A DNA stretch of 64,000 nt from Ilumatobacteraceae bacterium (GTDB lineage Bacteria > Actinomycetota > Acidimicrobiia > Acidimicrobiales > Ilumatobacteraceae): contig CBDDKF010000015.1 in assembly GCA_965230015.1 (NCBI GenBank), positions 47,393-111,392 on the forward strand. The letters are read 5' to 3'. Within the stretch, counting starts at the first letter, position 1; each line of letters begins with the position of its first letter. The position numbers were made by a program, and so were the translations under genes. The notes under the pieces were generated by a model. That model was not told the origin of the DNA. It saw only the letters and a list, made by a program, of their open reading frames with translations, and made no database searches. Positions 34,710 through 44,653 of this stretch are shown piece by piece.

Positions 34710-36659
34710 ATGACCACCTCGACCACCACCTCCGAGCCACCGCCGTTCGCCTGCGACCTGGTGATGAAGGGGGGCATCACGAGCGGCGTCGTCTACCCGC
34801 CGGCGATCGTGGAGCTGGCCCGCGACCATCGGCTGTACAACATCGGAGGGGCGTCGGCGGGAGCGATCGCTGCGGTCGCCGCAGCGGCGGCCGAGTACGG
34901 GCGGCAAACCGGCGGCGGTGGGTTCGATGTGTTGGCAGGTATCCCCGACGAGCTGGCGACGACCGATCCCACAACGGGCGAGACGAAGCTGCAGGGACTG
35001 TTCGTCCCGCAGGACAACACGCGCACGTACTTCGACCTGATCTGGGAGCAACGCAAGCTCGGCGATGCGGGCGCGTTCGCCCGGCTGCGTTCGCTCGTGC
35101 CGACCGTGCTCGCCCGCTCGTCGGTGGTGCCGTCCCCGATCGTCGCCCTCGCAGCTTTCGTGCTGCCGATCGCCGCGCTCGTGTGGTTGATCCTCGATCC
35201 GGCCCCTGCGACCATCGCCTTCGCCGTACTCGCCCTGTTGGTCGGCGCAGTGGTCTACTTCGTTGCCCGCCTCGTCGCCGGGGCCCGCGCGCTGCTAGCG
35301 AGCGCACCTGCGCAGCTGAAGGAGAACCGGCACGGGTTGTGTTCGGGGGCGTCCGTGGGCGACCACGTCGGCTTGACGGAGTGGCTCCACGAGCGCATCG
35401 AGCAGATGGCCGGCCCGACACGGGTCGCGGAACCCGCTGGCGAGCGTCGACCGCTCACGTACGGCGACCTGCGCGTCTACGAGATCGGGCTGGTCACCCT
35501 CACTACCAACCTGTCGCAGAGTTCGAGCGAGAACTTCCCCTTCGACGACAACACCTGGGCGTTCGCTGCCGACGACATCACGGCGTTGTTCCCGGCCGCT
35601 GTGGCCGGCCACATCATCGACCGGGGTCGCGTGGCCACCAGCACCTCTCGCCAACGGGAGCAACTCGAGGGCCAAGGCCTCTTGCAGCTTCCGCCTGCCG
35701 ACGAACTCCCGATCCTGCTCGGCGCCCGCATCAGCCTGTCGTTTCCGGTGCTGCTGTCGGCGATCCCGCTGTGGCGCCTCACCCCGGTTCGCCACGGCGA
35801 GTCGTGGGACACCGAGTATCAGAAGGTGTGGCTGAGCGACGGCGGGATCTGTTCGAACCTCCCGGTGCACCTGTTCGACGCACCGCTCCCGTCACGGCCG
35901 ACGTACGGCATCAACCTGTCGTCGGGGACGAGCGGTCCACTCCCGACCTCCGACGACGAGGCGGTGGTGATGTCGTACGCCCACGAGAACGTGTGGCGGC
36001 CGATCGGCACGGGATCGGGACGGTCCGTGCCCGTCAGCGAGATCGACTCGACGATCGGTCTGCTCGGCGAGGTGTTGAACACGATGCAGAACTGGTCCGA
36101 CAACTCGATGACGCGGGCGCTCGGGGTGCGCGACCGGATCTGCACCATTCGCCTCGGACCCACCGAGGGCGGGATGAACCTCGACATGCCGACCGCGACC
36201 ATCGAGGGGCTGGGGCCGCGCGGTCTGGCCGCCGGACAGAACCTTGCCTGGATGGTGCGCGGCGAACGTCCGCCGTTCTCCACCGCCGCGGAGCACGACG
36301 ACGACATCGCCGGTGCCCAATGGACGCGGCACCGCTGGACCCGCCTGCGGTCGACCGCGCGCGGTGTCGGCGACTATCTCCAATCGATGACGGCAGGTCG
36401 GGTGAAGCAGGCGGTACCGCAAGCAGGCGACACACACGCCAACGACTACACCTACGACGACCTCACCGAGCGGGCCCGCGAGCTCACGTACCTGCCCTAC
36501 CGCAGCGCATGGAACGACGCCGCGGCGGCGTCGCTGAAGGACGGGATCGACGCGCTCGGCCACATCGACTTGTCGGCGGCGAACACCACGTCACCGCCGC
36601 CCTTGCGCCGACTGCTCCTGGGCACCCGGTCTGCACCCGAGACCGAGGTCAGCGAGTAA
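34710..36659 (+). CDS. Patatin-like phospholipase family protein with internal TM segments and a long C-terminal extension
   Basis: Oxyanion motif VMKGGITSGVVY, nucleophile GGASAGA (GxSxG), catalytic Asp LSDGGICSNLP. Hydrophobic stretch IVALAAFVLPIAALVWLILDPAPATIAFAVLALLVGAVVYFV. ATG 34710 is preceded by GGGAGG; an alternative GTG is at 34674. Confidence 0.75.
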   Translation: MTTSTTTSEPPPFACDLVMKGGITSGVVYPPAIVELARDHRLYNIGGASAGAIAAVAAAAAEYGRQTGGGGFDVLAGIPDELATTDPTTGETKLQGLFVPQDNTRTYFDLIWEQRKLGDAGAFARLRSLVPTVLARSSVVPSPIVALAAFVLPIAALVWLILDPAPATIAFAVLALLVGAVVYFVARLVAGARALLASAPAQLKENRHGLCSGASVGDHVGLTEWLHERIEQMAGPTRVAEPAGERRPLTYGDLRVYEIGLVTLTTNLSQSSSENFPFDDNTWAFAADDITALFPAAVAGHIIDRGRVATSTSRQREQLEGQGLLQLPPADELPILLGARISLSFPVLLSAIPLWRLTPVRHGESWDTEYQKVWLSDGGICSNLPVHLFDAPLPSRPTYGINLSSGTSGPLPTSDDEAVVMSYAHENVWRPIGTGSGRSVPVSEIDSTIGLLGEVLNTMQNWSDNSMTRALGVRDRICTIRLGPTEGGMNLDMPTATIEGLGPRGLAAGQNLAWMVRGERPPFSTAAEHDDDIAGAQWTRHRWTRLRSTARGVGDYLQSMTAGRVKQAVPQAGDTHANDYTYDDLTERARELTYLPYRSAWNDAAAASLKDGIDALGHIDLSAANTTSPPPLRRLLLGTRSAPETEVSE

Positions 36660-36674
36660 CGCCGCACGGAAATC

Positions 36675-36717
36675 CCGGGGATTCCAGGCGCCTCGCGCCG
36701 GAAACCGCGAACAGAAC
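36675..36717 (+). repeat. 43-nt repeat element, copy c
   Basis: CCGGGGATTCCAGGCGCCTCGCGCCGGAAACCGCGAACAGAAC. It lies between the patatin stop (36659) and the stop of the convergent TetR gene (36727). Confidence 0.8.
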
Positions 36718-36726
36718 CGCGGTGGG

Positions 36727-37365
36727 CTACGCCGCGGCGCGGACCACTTCGGCGAGCGAGTGAGCCACGCTGCGCAGCGGTGCACCATCGCGTGCCGTGC
36801 GGGCCAGCAACAGACCGCCTTCCATACCCGCCAGGATCAACGTGGCGAGTCGTTCGGCGGCGGGCTCGTCGACGCCGTAACTGCTGAGCGCGTCGGCCCA
36901 CTCCTGCGACCAACCGTTGAACACGTCGCGGCCTCGGCGGGCGAGCGCCTCCGAGTGGTGGGCCTGCTCGAGCATGGTCGTGGCGATCGGACACCCATTG
37001 GCGTAGCTGCTCTCCTCGAGCGCCTGGGCGGCGACCTCACCCCACGTTTCGAGGGCGGCCGCCGGATCGTGGTCGGCGAGCAACGCCGACAACAACGCGT
37101 GGAACCGACCGCCGCTGAGGTCGAGCGCCTCGTCGACGAGCTGGACCTTGCCCTGCGGAAAGTGATGGGCCTGAGAGCCCCACGGCGCATCGGCCTCGTC
37201 GACCACACGCCGCCAGCTCGTCGCGGCGTAGCCGTCGCGCTGGAGACACTTCGCGGCCGCAGCCACCATGCGTTCACGACTCGATCGTTCGCTCGCCACG
37301 CGCCGAGCGTACGCCCGGGGCAGAGCAGATGAGTCACGTCCCTGGGCAGCTTGACGAGGCATCAA
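36727..37365 (-). CDS. TetR/AcrR family transcriptional regulator
   Basis: RERMVAAAAKCLQRDGYAATSWRRVVDEADAPWGSQAHHFPQGKVQLV is a TetR-type HTH region. Confidence 0.75.
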   Translation of the reverse strand: MMPRQAAQGRDSSALPRAYARRVASERSSRERMVAAAAKCLQRDGYAATSWRRVVDEADAPWGSQAHHFPQGKVQLVDEALDLSGGRFHALLSALLADHDPAAALETWGEVAAQALEESSYANGCPIATTMLEQAHHSEALARRGRDVFNGWSQEWADALSSYGVDEPAAERLATLILAGMEGGLLLARTARDGAPLRSVAHSLAEVVRAAA

Positions 37366-37374
37366 GCGCGCGAC

Positions 37375-37390
37375 TAAGACAGTCGTCTTA
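37375..37390. promoter_or_regulatory. Palindrome TAAGAC-agtc-GTCTTA (candidate TetR operator) between the TetR and ADH genes
   Basis: 6-bp inverted repeat read directly in the divergent gap 37366-37447. Confidence 0.4.
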
Positions 37391-37447
37391 TTCGTGTGGT
37401 CGTGTCCGCACCCCCAGGCTCGACCAGCAGGTGAAGAGGAGAATCAG

Positions 37448-38473
37448 ATGCGCCAACTCGTCGTTGTCGATCACGGGTCACTGCGCTGGGACGAGGTCGC
37501 CGAGCCGCACATCGAGCACGACAACCAGGCGATCGTGCGCCCCCTCGCCGTGGCCACGTGCGACCTCGACGTCGCCGTGATCTCGGGTCGCTATCCGCTG
37601 CTCGGAGCGGCGTATCCGTTCGGCCACGAATCGGTCGCCGAGGTGGTCGAGGTCGGCGACGGCGTCCGTTCGGTCGCGCCCGGCGACCGCGTCGTCGTCC
37701 CGTTTCAGATCTCGTGCGGCGACTGCGATCGATGCCGCGCGGGACGTACCGGCAACTGCGCGGCGCATCCGCCGATGTCCACCTACGGCCTCGGGGAGAT
37801 GGGCGGCACCGCATGGGGCGGCCACGTCGCCGACCTGGTCGACGTACCCCACGCCGATGCGATGTTGGTACCGCTCCCCGACGGCGTCGCCCCACGCACC
37901 GCGGCGAGCTGCAGCGACAACATGCCCGACGCGTGGCGCACCGTCGGCCCGCCACTCGCCGCGTGGCCGGGCGCCGACGTGCTGATCATGGCCGGGCCCA
38001 GCGGTCCGAACTCGATCGGCCTGTACGCCGTTGGCTTGGCCGTCGCCGCAGGAGCAGGAGGCGTGGTCTACGTCGACGACGACCCCGATCGACTCGCACG
38101 GGCCGCCGCGCTCGGCGCCGACACGCGCGAGTGGGCCGACGATCGGCGGATCGGATCGTTCCCAGTGACGGTCGATGCCAGTGGTGACGAACGGCGGCTG
38201 CACTGCGCATTGCAGAGCACCGCGTCCGACGGCACCTGCACGTCGCCGTCGGTGTACCTCAACGACCCGACGATGCCGCTCGTGGCGATGTACTCGCGCT
38301 GCTGCACGTTCCAGACCGGACGAGCGCACGCACGACGCGACATCCCCGCCGTGTTCGAGGCGATCGACAACGGATTCGATCCCGACATCGTGACCACCGA
38401 CGTCGTGACCTGGGAGGACGCACCTGACGCACTGGCCGAGCCGTCGATGAAGATGATCATCGAGCGCCAGTAA
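37448..38473 (+). CDS. Zinc-dependent medium-chain alcohol dehydrogenase family protein
   Basis: ATG 37448 is preceded by GAAGAGGAG. Catalytic Zn region is CDLDV…GHESVAEVVEVG. Structural Zn cluster is CGDCDRCRAGRTGNC. Confidence 0.8.
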   Translation: MRQLVVVDHGSLRWDEVAEPHIEHDNQAIVRPLAVATCDLDVAVISGRYPLLGAAYPFGHESVAEVVEVGDGVRSVAPGDRVVVPFQISCGDCDRCRAGRTGNCAAHPPMSTYGLGEMGGTAWGGHVADLVDVPHADAMLVPLPDGVAPRTAASCSDNMPDAWRTVGPPLAAWPGADVLIMAGPSGPNSIGLYAVGLAVAAGAGGVVYVDDDPDRLARAAALGADTREWADDRRIGSFPVTVDASGDERRLHCALQSTASDGTCTSPSVYLNDPTMPLVAMYSRCCTFQTGRAHARRDIPAVFEAIDNGFDPDIVTTDVVTWEDAPDALAEPSMKMIIERQ

Positions 38474-38482
38474 CGAAACGAC

Positions 38483-38535
38483 CGTTTGCGTGCAACTTCG
38501 CGTCGACCTGTCGGTCGCAGAGTTGCACGCAAACG
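38483..38535. repeat. Conserved long hairpin, copy 1 (CGTTTGCGTGCAACT…AGTTGCACGCAAACG); probable bidirectional terminator at the left edge of the hydrogenase/cbb module
   Basis: 15-bp perfect outer stem plus an inner CGACC/GGTCG stem, read directly. It lies between the convergent ADH (+) and hypE (-) genes. Confidence 0.8.
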
Positions 38536-38546
38536 AACAAACGAGT

Positions 38547-39674
38547 TCAGCAGATGCGCGGGAGTTGTTCGCCGAGCGGGCGATCGATCACGCGGGTAGC
38601 GCCCAAACCCGTGCGGGCGACGACCACTCCGGGATGCTCGTCGACGACCGTGCCGATGCGCACGGCGCCGCTACCGGCGGGATCGGTGCGCATCGCCTCG
38701 ACGACGGCATCGGCGTGCTCGGCCGGCACGAAGGCGACGAGTCGTCCTTCGTTGGCCACGTGGATCGGATCGAGTCCGAGGAAGCCACACGCCGACCGCA
38801 CCGACTCGGGGATCGGCACCGCCCGCTCGTCGTACTCGACGCCGACGCCCGCGGTCTCGGCGAGTTCACACAGGCTGGCGGCGAGGCCGCCTCGAGTGCA
38901 GTCGCGCACTGCGTGGATGTCGGGGCACGCGGCGAGTGAGGCGGCAACGAGATCGGCCAGCGGGGCGGTGTCGGACGCGATCTCGGTCCCGAACTCCAGA
39001 CCCTCACGAACGCTGAGTACCGCGACGCCGTGCGCGCCGATGTCGCCCGACACGATGATCGCGTCGCCTGGTCGAATACGCGACGGGGCAAGGTCGACAC
39101 CGTCGGGGATCACGCCGACGCCGGCGGTATTGATGTACACGCCGTCGCCGTGCCCCTGCTCGACCACTTTGGTGTCGCCGGTGACCAGCTGCACCCCCGC
39201 CCGCTCGGCAGCGCGACCCATCGCCGCGGCGACCTGCTGCAAGACCTCGAGTTCGAGCCCTTCCTCGAGGATGAAGCCGGTCGACAAGGCAACCGGTCGG
39301 GCGCCGCTGGTGGCGAGGTCGTTGACCGTGCCGTTGACCGCCAGCTCGCCGATGTTGCCGCCGGGAAAGAACAGCGGCTGTACGACATAGCTGTCGGTGG
39401 TGAATGCCAGCCGACCGCCCGCCGACCCACCAACGACGAGATCGAGCATCGCGGCGTCGGTTGCTTGCGCCGTCGATGCGGCCGATCCAAACGCGGGGAG
39501 GAAGAGGTGCTCGATCAACTCGCCCGAGAGCTGGCCTCCGCCGCCGTGGCCGAGCACGATGCGTTCCTGATCACGGAGCGGCATCGGACACGACCAGCCT
39601 TCGATATCGGCCGTGGTCGCCGCCTCGGACGAAGCCGACACCGTTGCGTCAACCGTCGCATCAACGTCGGACAT
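38547..39674 (-). CDS. hypE: [NiFe]-hydrogenase maturation protein HypE (carbamoyl dehydratase)
   Basis: PurM-like fold with ERIVLGHGGGG…, GDTKVV and DCTRGGLA, and the diagnostic C-terminal PRIC. ATG 39674 shares one base with the hypD stop. Confidence 0.9.
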   Translation of the reverse strand: MSDVDATVDATVSASSEAATTADIEGWSCPMPLRDQERIVLGHGGGGQLSGELIEHLFLPAFGSAASTAQATDAAMLDLVVGGSAGGRLAFTTDSYVVQPLFFPGGNIGELAVNGTVNDLATSGARPVALSTGFILEEGLELEVLQQVAAAMGRAAERAGVQLVTGDTKVVEQGHGDGVYINTAGVGVIPDGVDLAPSRIRPGDAIIVSGDIGAHGVAVLSVREGLEFGTEIASDTAPLADLVAASLAACPDIHAVRDCTRGGLAASLCELAETAGVGVEYDERAVPIPESVRSACGFLGLDPIHVANEGRLVAFVPAEHADAVVEAMRTDPAGSGAVRIGTVVDEHPGVVVARTGLGATRVIDRPLGEQLPRIC

Positions 39675-40789
39675 CAGGATCGTGCTCCCACCGTGACCGG
39701 CGTGTCGATCCGGCGGTACTGGAAGTACGCCGCACAGGCACCCTCGCTCGAGACCATCGTGGCGCCCATCGGGGTGCGCGGCGTGCAGCTCGTACCGAAG
39801 CACTCACACTCGTCGGGTTTGATCAAGCCTTGGAGCACCTCGCCGGCACGACAGGCGGCCGGCTCGTCGACGTGCAACTCGCCCACGTCGAATCGGCGTT
39901 CGGCGTCGAACTCGGCGTAGTCGCTCAACAACCGCCATCCACTCGCGGGGATCATGCCGATACCCCGCCACTGTCGATCGCACACGTCGAACACGTCGGC
40001 CAACATCTCTTGGGCTGCCGGATTGCCTTCGGCGCGGACGGCGCGGGCGTAGGCGTTCTCTACCTCACCTCGGCCCTCTTCGAGCTGGGCGACCGTCCGG
40101 CGGATCCCGTCGAGCACATCGAGCGGCTCGAAGCCGGTGACCACGATCGGCACGCCGAACCGTTCAGCCAACGGTTCGTATTGCGCGGTGCCCATCACCG
40201 TGCACACGTGTCCGGCGGCGAGGAAGCCGTTGACCCGTGAGGTCCCAGAGGTCATCAGCGCCTCGATCGCCGGTGGCACCAGCACGTGGCTGACGAGCAT
40301 CGAGAAGTTGTCGAGGTTGCGTTGCCGGGCCTGGAACACGGCCATTGCGTTGGCAGGCGCGGTGGTTTCGAATCCGACGCCGAAGAACACGACCTGTTTG
40401 TCGGGGTGGTCGCTGGCGACTTCAACCGCGTCGAGTGGCGAGTACACGACGCGCACGTCGCCTCCGCGGGCCTTCACCGAGAACAGGTCGTGGGTACTGC
40501 CCGGCACGCGCAACATGTCGCCGAACGAGCAGAAGATCACACCGGGCCGGGCGGCGATCGCCAGCGCACGATCGATCATCTCGAGCGGCGTGACACACAC
40601 CGGACAACCGGGTCCGTGGATCAGCTCGATCTGCTCGGGGAGCAACTGGTCGATGCCGTTGCGGATGATCGAGTGGGTCTGCCCACCGCACACCTCCATG
40701 ATCGCCCACTGTTGCGTAGCGGTGCGCTCGATGTCGGCGAACAGTCCGGCGGCCAGCTCGGGGTCGTGAAACTCGTCGAGATACTTCAC
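39674..40789 (-). CDS. hypD: [NiFe]-hydrogenase maturation protein HypD
   Basis: [33 protein letters not shown], and C-terminal FQYR-type motifs. GTG 40789 overlaps the hypC stop (GTGA). Confidence 0.9.
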   Translation of the reverse strand: MKYLDEFHDPELAAGLFADIERTATQQWAIMEVCGGQTHSIIRNGIDQLLPEQIELIHGPGCPVCVTPLEMIDRALAIAARPGVIFCSFGDMLRVPGSTHDLFSVKARGGDVRVVYSPLDAVEVASDHPDKQVVFFGVGFETTAPANAMAVFQARQRNLDNFSMLVSHVLVPPAIEALMTSGTSRVNGFLAAGHVCTVMGTAQYEPLAERFGVPIVVTGFEPLDVLDGIRRTVAQLEEGRGEVENAYARAVRAEGNPAAQEMLADVFDVCDRQWRGIGMIPASGWRLLSDYAEFDAERRFDVGELHVDEPAACRAGEVLQGLIKPDECECFGTSCTPRTPMGATMVSSEGACAAYFQYRRIDTPVTVGARS

Positions 40790-41097
40790 GAAGCCGGCTC
40801 GATTCGTGCGGGCTCGCTTCGTGCCGTTTCGACCTGAGCCATCATCGAGTCGTCGAGCCCCAGCTCGTCGTCGAGGAGCCCGACGTCGCGCATCATCTTC
40901 AACGTCTCGAGCGCCGACGCCTTGTCGAGCAGCGTGATCGCAAAGCCGGCGTGAATGATCGTGTAGTCGCCGACGTCGGCGTCGGGGACGTAAGCCAAGC
41001 AGATGTCCTTTTGCACGCCGCCGAAATCGACGGTGGCCATCTTGGTCCCGCGTTCATCGCGGATGTCGGTGACCTTCCCGGGGACTCCGAGACACAT
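40786..41097 (-). CDS. hypC: [NiFe]-hydrogenase assembly chaperone HypC/HupF family
   Basis: N-terminal MCLGVPGKV with the essential Cys2. 103 aa. Confidence 0.9.
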   Translation of the reverse strand: MCLGVPGKVTDIRDERGTKMATVDFGGVQKDICLAYVPDADVGDYTIIHAGFAITLLDKASALETLKMMRDVGLLDDELGLDDSMMAQVETARSEPARIEPAS

Positions 41098-43487
41098 CAG
41101 GTGCTCCCTTCATCGACCACTCGCGTGCACGAGCGATCGAGCGTTGTGGCCGCGGCAATCGCCGCCTGGCCGAGTGACAACCCACCATCGTTCGGCGGGA
41201 CGAGGCGGTGGGTGAGCACCTCGAACCCGGTGAGTCGCTCGTGCGTCAAACGGGCGAGCAACGCGTTCTGGAACACCCCGCCGGTCAGCGCGACCGGGAG
41301 ATCGCCGGCACACCGGGCCGCCAGCCGGGCGACCACATCGGCCACCGCGTGGTGGAAGGCCGCGGCGAGATCGGCGCGATCGACACCGCGGCGACACCCC
41401 TCGACGATGCCGACCAGCACTGGCCGCGGGTCGATCACGAAGGACGAACCGGGTTCGTGCCGAAGATCGAACCGCAGTGAAACGCGCCCGGCGTCTCCCC
41501 GCTCGGCAAGGTGTTCGAGTTCGATCGCCGCCTGTGCCTCGTAGCTGATGCGGTGGCGTACGTCGAGCAGCGAACTGACGACGTCGAAGAGGCGGCCCAT
41601 GCTGGTGGTCGGCGTGCACCCGATGTTGCGCTCGACCTGCTGGGGCACGATGCGCCGCTCGACGTCGTCGCAGGCCTGCATGGCAGGATCGCCAGCCTCG
41701 ATGGAGATACCGAGCGCGGTGAGATAGGCCAGCGCCAGCCGGCACGGGTTGCGCACCGTTTCGTCGCCGCCGGGCAGCGGCAGCGGTTGCAGATGGGCGA
41801 CGCGCTCGAAACGTCGGTAGCCGGCGCGCAGGATCTCGCCGCCCCAGATCTCGGGTGCGCCGTCGGCGCCGATGCCGTACCCCGTGCCGTCGAAGGCGAT
41901 ACCCAACACGTCGGCGTCGAGGCCGACGCCGTGCTCGACCATCACCGCCGCGACGTGGGCGTGATGGTGTTGCACGTCGACCTGTGTGGCGGCGAGTTGG
42001 TCTGCGTTGTCGAGCGCCCACCGACGGGTGAGGTAGCCCGGGTGACAATCGACGCCGAGCACCTCAGGTGTGACTCGATACATCGTGGTGAACGCGTCGA
42101 CGCTGGCGGCGAACGCATCGAGCGTGGCCAGGTTCTCCATGTCGCCGATGTGTTGGCCGACCCACGCATGACGACCCGAAGCCACACAGCAGGTGTTCTT
42201 CAATTCGCCGCCGACGCCGAGCACGGGCGGCGCCGTGAACGGCAGCGCGACCGGCACCGGCGCATACCCCCGAGCTCGCCGGATCGGCTGCACCTCGCCG
42301 TCGACCACGCGCACCACCGAGTCGTCGCAGGGCAACTCGATCGGCCGATCGTGCAGGCAAAATGCGTCGGCGAGATCGCCCAGCCGAGCGAGTGCTTCGT
42401 CGTCGCGGAAGCAGATCGGTTCACTCGACCGATTCCCCGACGTCATCACCAGGGCGACCGGTGGATCGACGTCGCCATCGGGCACCGGCGCGAACAACAA
42501 GTGGTGCAGCGGCGTGTAGGCGAGCATCACGCCGATCAGCGGGTTCCCGGGAGCGACGCCGTCAGCGATCGGGGCATCAGTACAGCGCGGCAACAACACG
42601 ATCGGCCGTGCGGCGCTCGTCAGGGCCTCGGCGGCGATGTCGTCGACGTCGGCGACCACCCGCGCGGCGGCCAGGTCGGGGACCATCACGGCGAATGGCT
42701 TGTCGACACGTCCCTTGCGGCGACGCAGCTCGGCAACAGCGAGCGGATCACCTGCGTCGCACGCGAGGTGATACCCACCGAGCCCCTTCACCGCCACAAC
42801 CTGACTCGTGGCGAAGGCGCGGTGGACGGCGGCGAGGACCGCATCGGTTCCGCCCACGCGCACACCGGGCCGGGCGAACGTGAGCTGCGGTCCACATTCG
42901 GGGCAGGCCACCGGCTGAGCGTGATAGCGGCGATCGAGCGGGTCGGCGTACTCGTCGGCACACGCCGGACAGAGGTCGAAGTCGGCCATCGTGGTGGCCG
43001 GACGGTCGTAGGGCAGATCGCGAATGATCGTGAACCGGGGGCCACAGTTGGTGCAGTTGATGAAGGGGTACCGGTGGCGACGGTCAGCCGAGTCGAAGAG
43101 CTCGCTGAGGCAGTCGTCACAGGTCGCCACGTCGGGGGGAACGAGGGTGCGTGGACCATCGGTCGCGGCCGACTCGACGATGGTGAACGAGCTGTCGCCA
43201 CACCGGTCGACGTCGTGCACCACCACCTCGTCGATGCGCGCCAGCGGCGGCTGCTCGCGACGGAGCCGCGCGGCGAACTCGTCGAGCTGCACCGTTGCCC
43301 CTTCGATCTCGATGAACACGCCGTGCGCATCGTTGCCCACGTGGCCGACGAGACCGAGCTCGGTGGCCAGCGACCACACGAACGGACGAAAGCCGACTCC
43401 CTGCACGATGCCGGTCACCGTCAGTCGACGCCGCGCGGCCGACGCACCTAGGGGTGCACCGTGAGCTGCGACGTCGAGCAAACTCAC
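41097..43487 (-). CDS. hypF: Carbamoyltransferase HypF
   Basis: Acylphosphatase domain LTVTGIVQGVGFRPFV. Two zinc fingers, CDDCLSELFD…FINCTNCGPRFTI and CPACADEY…CPECGP, followed by YrdC- and Kae1-like parts. GTG 43487 overlaps the stop of the NHL gene (GTGA). Confidence 0.9.
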   Translation of the reverse strand: MSLLDVAAHGAPLGASAARRRLTVTGIVQGVGFRPFVWSLATELGLVGHVGNDAHGVFIEIEGATVQLDEFAARLRREQPPLARIDEVVVHDVDRCGDSSFTIVESAATDGPRTLVPPDVATCDDCLSELFDSADRRHRYPFINCTNCGPRFTIIRDLPYDRPATTMADFDLCPACADEYADPLDRRYHAQPVACPECGPQLTFARPGVRVGGTDAVLAAVHRAFATSQVVAVKGLGGYHLACDAGDPLAVAELRRRKGRVDKPFAVMVPDLAAARVVADVDDIAAEALTSAARPIVLLPRCTDAPIADGVAPGNPLIGVMLAYTPLHHLLFAPVPDGDVDPPVALVMTSGNRSSEPICFRDDEALARLGDLADAFCLHDRPIELPCDDSVVRVVDGEVQPIRRARGYAPVPVALPFTAPPVLGVGGELKNTCCVASGRHAWVGQHIGDMENLATLDAFAASVDAFTTMYRVTPEVLGVDCHPGYLTRRWALDNADQLAATQVDVQHHHAHVAAVMVEHGVGLDADVLGIAFDGTGYGIGADGAPEIWGGEILRAGYRRFERVAHLQPLPLPGGDETVRNPCRLALAYLTALGISIEAGDPAMQACDDVERRIVPQQVERNIGCTPTTSMGRLFDVVSSLLDVRHRISYEAQAAIELEHLAERGDAGRVSLRFDLRHEPGSSFVIDPRPVLVGIVEGCRRGVDRADLAAAFHHAVADVVARLAARCAGDLPVALTGGVFQNALLARLTHERLTGFEVLTHRLVPPNDGGLSLGQAAIAAATTLDRSCTRVVDEGST

Positions 43488-44653
43488 GACGCGCTCCACA
43501 CCATGACGCGGTTGTTGCCCGAGTCGGCGATCGCCAGGTGATCGGACGCGGCGTTGCCGCCGGCGCGGAACGACATGCCGTACGGCCAGCAACACGTGTC
43601 GTGCTCGACGCGATCCCAACGGTTCTCGCCGTTGCCGTTCTCGTCGGGCTGACCGAGCACCCGGTCGAACCCGGCGCCGGACGGCTGGGCGGCAAATGTG
43701 GTGGCCGGTTCGTCGATCACCGCGACCCGGTTGTTCGAGGTGTCACCGACGAACAGGCGCCCGTCGGGCGCGTGGGCGATCGCGTACGGGAAGCGCAGCG
43801 CGGCGCGCCCCTGGGGCCGGTACGGGCTCTCGAACGCGCTGGTGAAGTCGGGCTGACCGAACACCACGTCGGCAGGACGATCGGCGTCGACGGCGCCGCG
43901 CCACCCGAGCACTCGATGATTGCCGGCATCGGCCACAAAGAACAGGTCGCCCGACGACGCGAGCGCATGCGGCCAGCGCATCGAGTCGGCGGCCACGTCG
44001 TCGTCGCGGTTCTCACCGCGGGCGGTGAGGTTCGGTTGACCGAGCACGACGTCGGCGCCCTGCCCCGGCTCCGGGAGACCGTCGCGCCAGCCGAGCACCC
44101 GGCGGTTGCCGGTGTCAGCCACCCAGAACACACCGTCGATCTCGGCGATGCCAAACGGCCAATAGAAACGCTGCGGCCCACACCCCTCATCGGTGCCGTC
44201 GAGGCTGCGGGCCGGCTCCTGTCCGAGCACCGTTGGCGCGACACCCTGGATCGCCGCGTCGATGTCGTCCCACACCAACACCCGGTGATGCCACGCATCG
44301 GCCACGACGAACCGACCGTCGGCCGTCTCCACCATCCCGGTTGGCAGGTGGAACAGGTTGGGCCCCTCCGTGATCATGTCCGGCTGGCCGATCACATGAT
44401 CGGCATCCGCGTGATCCGCGTGGGGCACCGGCGTGTCCCACACGAGCAGTCGGTGGTTGCCGGTGTCGGCGGCGACCACTCGCTCGCCGGTGAGCAGCAC
44501 CGCACGCGGCGCGTACATCGTCGATGCACTCGGCGACGCGTCGGGCAGGGCCAAACCCATCGAACTCGGCCCGCCGAGCCAGCGCACCGGACGGTACGGC
44601 CCGTCGGCCGGCCACTGCGTGGCGCCAGCGGTCGACGTGAGGAGATCGGTCAC
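43484..44653 (-). CDS. NHL-repeat beta-propeller protein, hydrogenase-cluster accessory
   Basis: Six repeats of the type VADTGNHRLLVWD / VADAWHHRVLVWD / VADTGNRRVLGW / VADAGNHRVLGW / VGDTSNNRVAV / IADSGNNRVMVW. 4-nt overlaps on both sides. Confidence 0.8.
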   Translation of the reverse strand: MTDLLTSTAGATQWPADGPYRPVRWLGGPSSMGLALPDASPSASTMYAPRAVLLTGERVVAADTGNHRLLVWDTPVPHADHADADHVIGQPDMITEGPNLFHLPTGMVETADGRFVVADAWHHRVLVWDDIDAAIQGVAPTVLGQEPARSLDGTDEGCGPQRFYWPFGIAEIDGVFWVADTGNRRVLGWRDGLPEPGQGADVVLGQPNLTARGENRDDDVAADSMRWPHALASSGDLFFVADAGNHRVLGWRGAVDADRPADVVFGQPDFTSAFESPYRPQGRAALRFPYAIAHAPDGRLFVGDTSNNRVAVIDEPATTFAAQPSGAGFDRVLGQPDENGNGENRWDRVEHDTCCWPYGMSFRAGGNAASDHLAIADSGNNRVMVWSAS

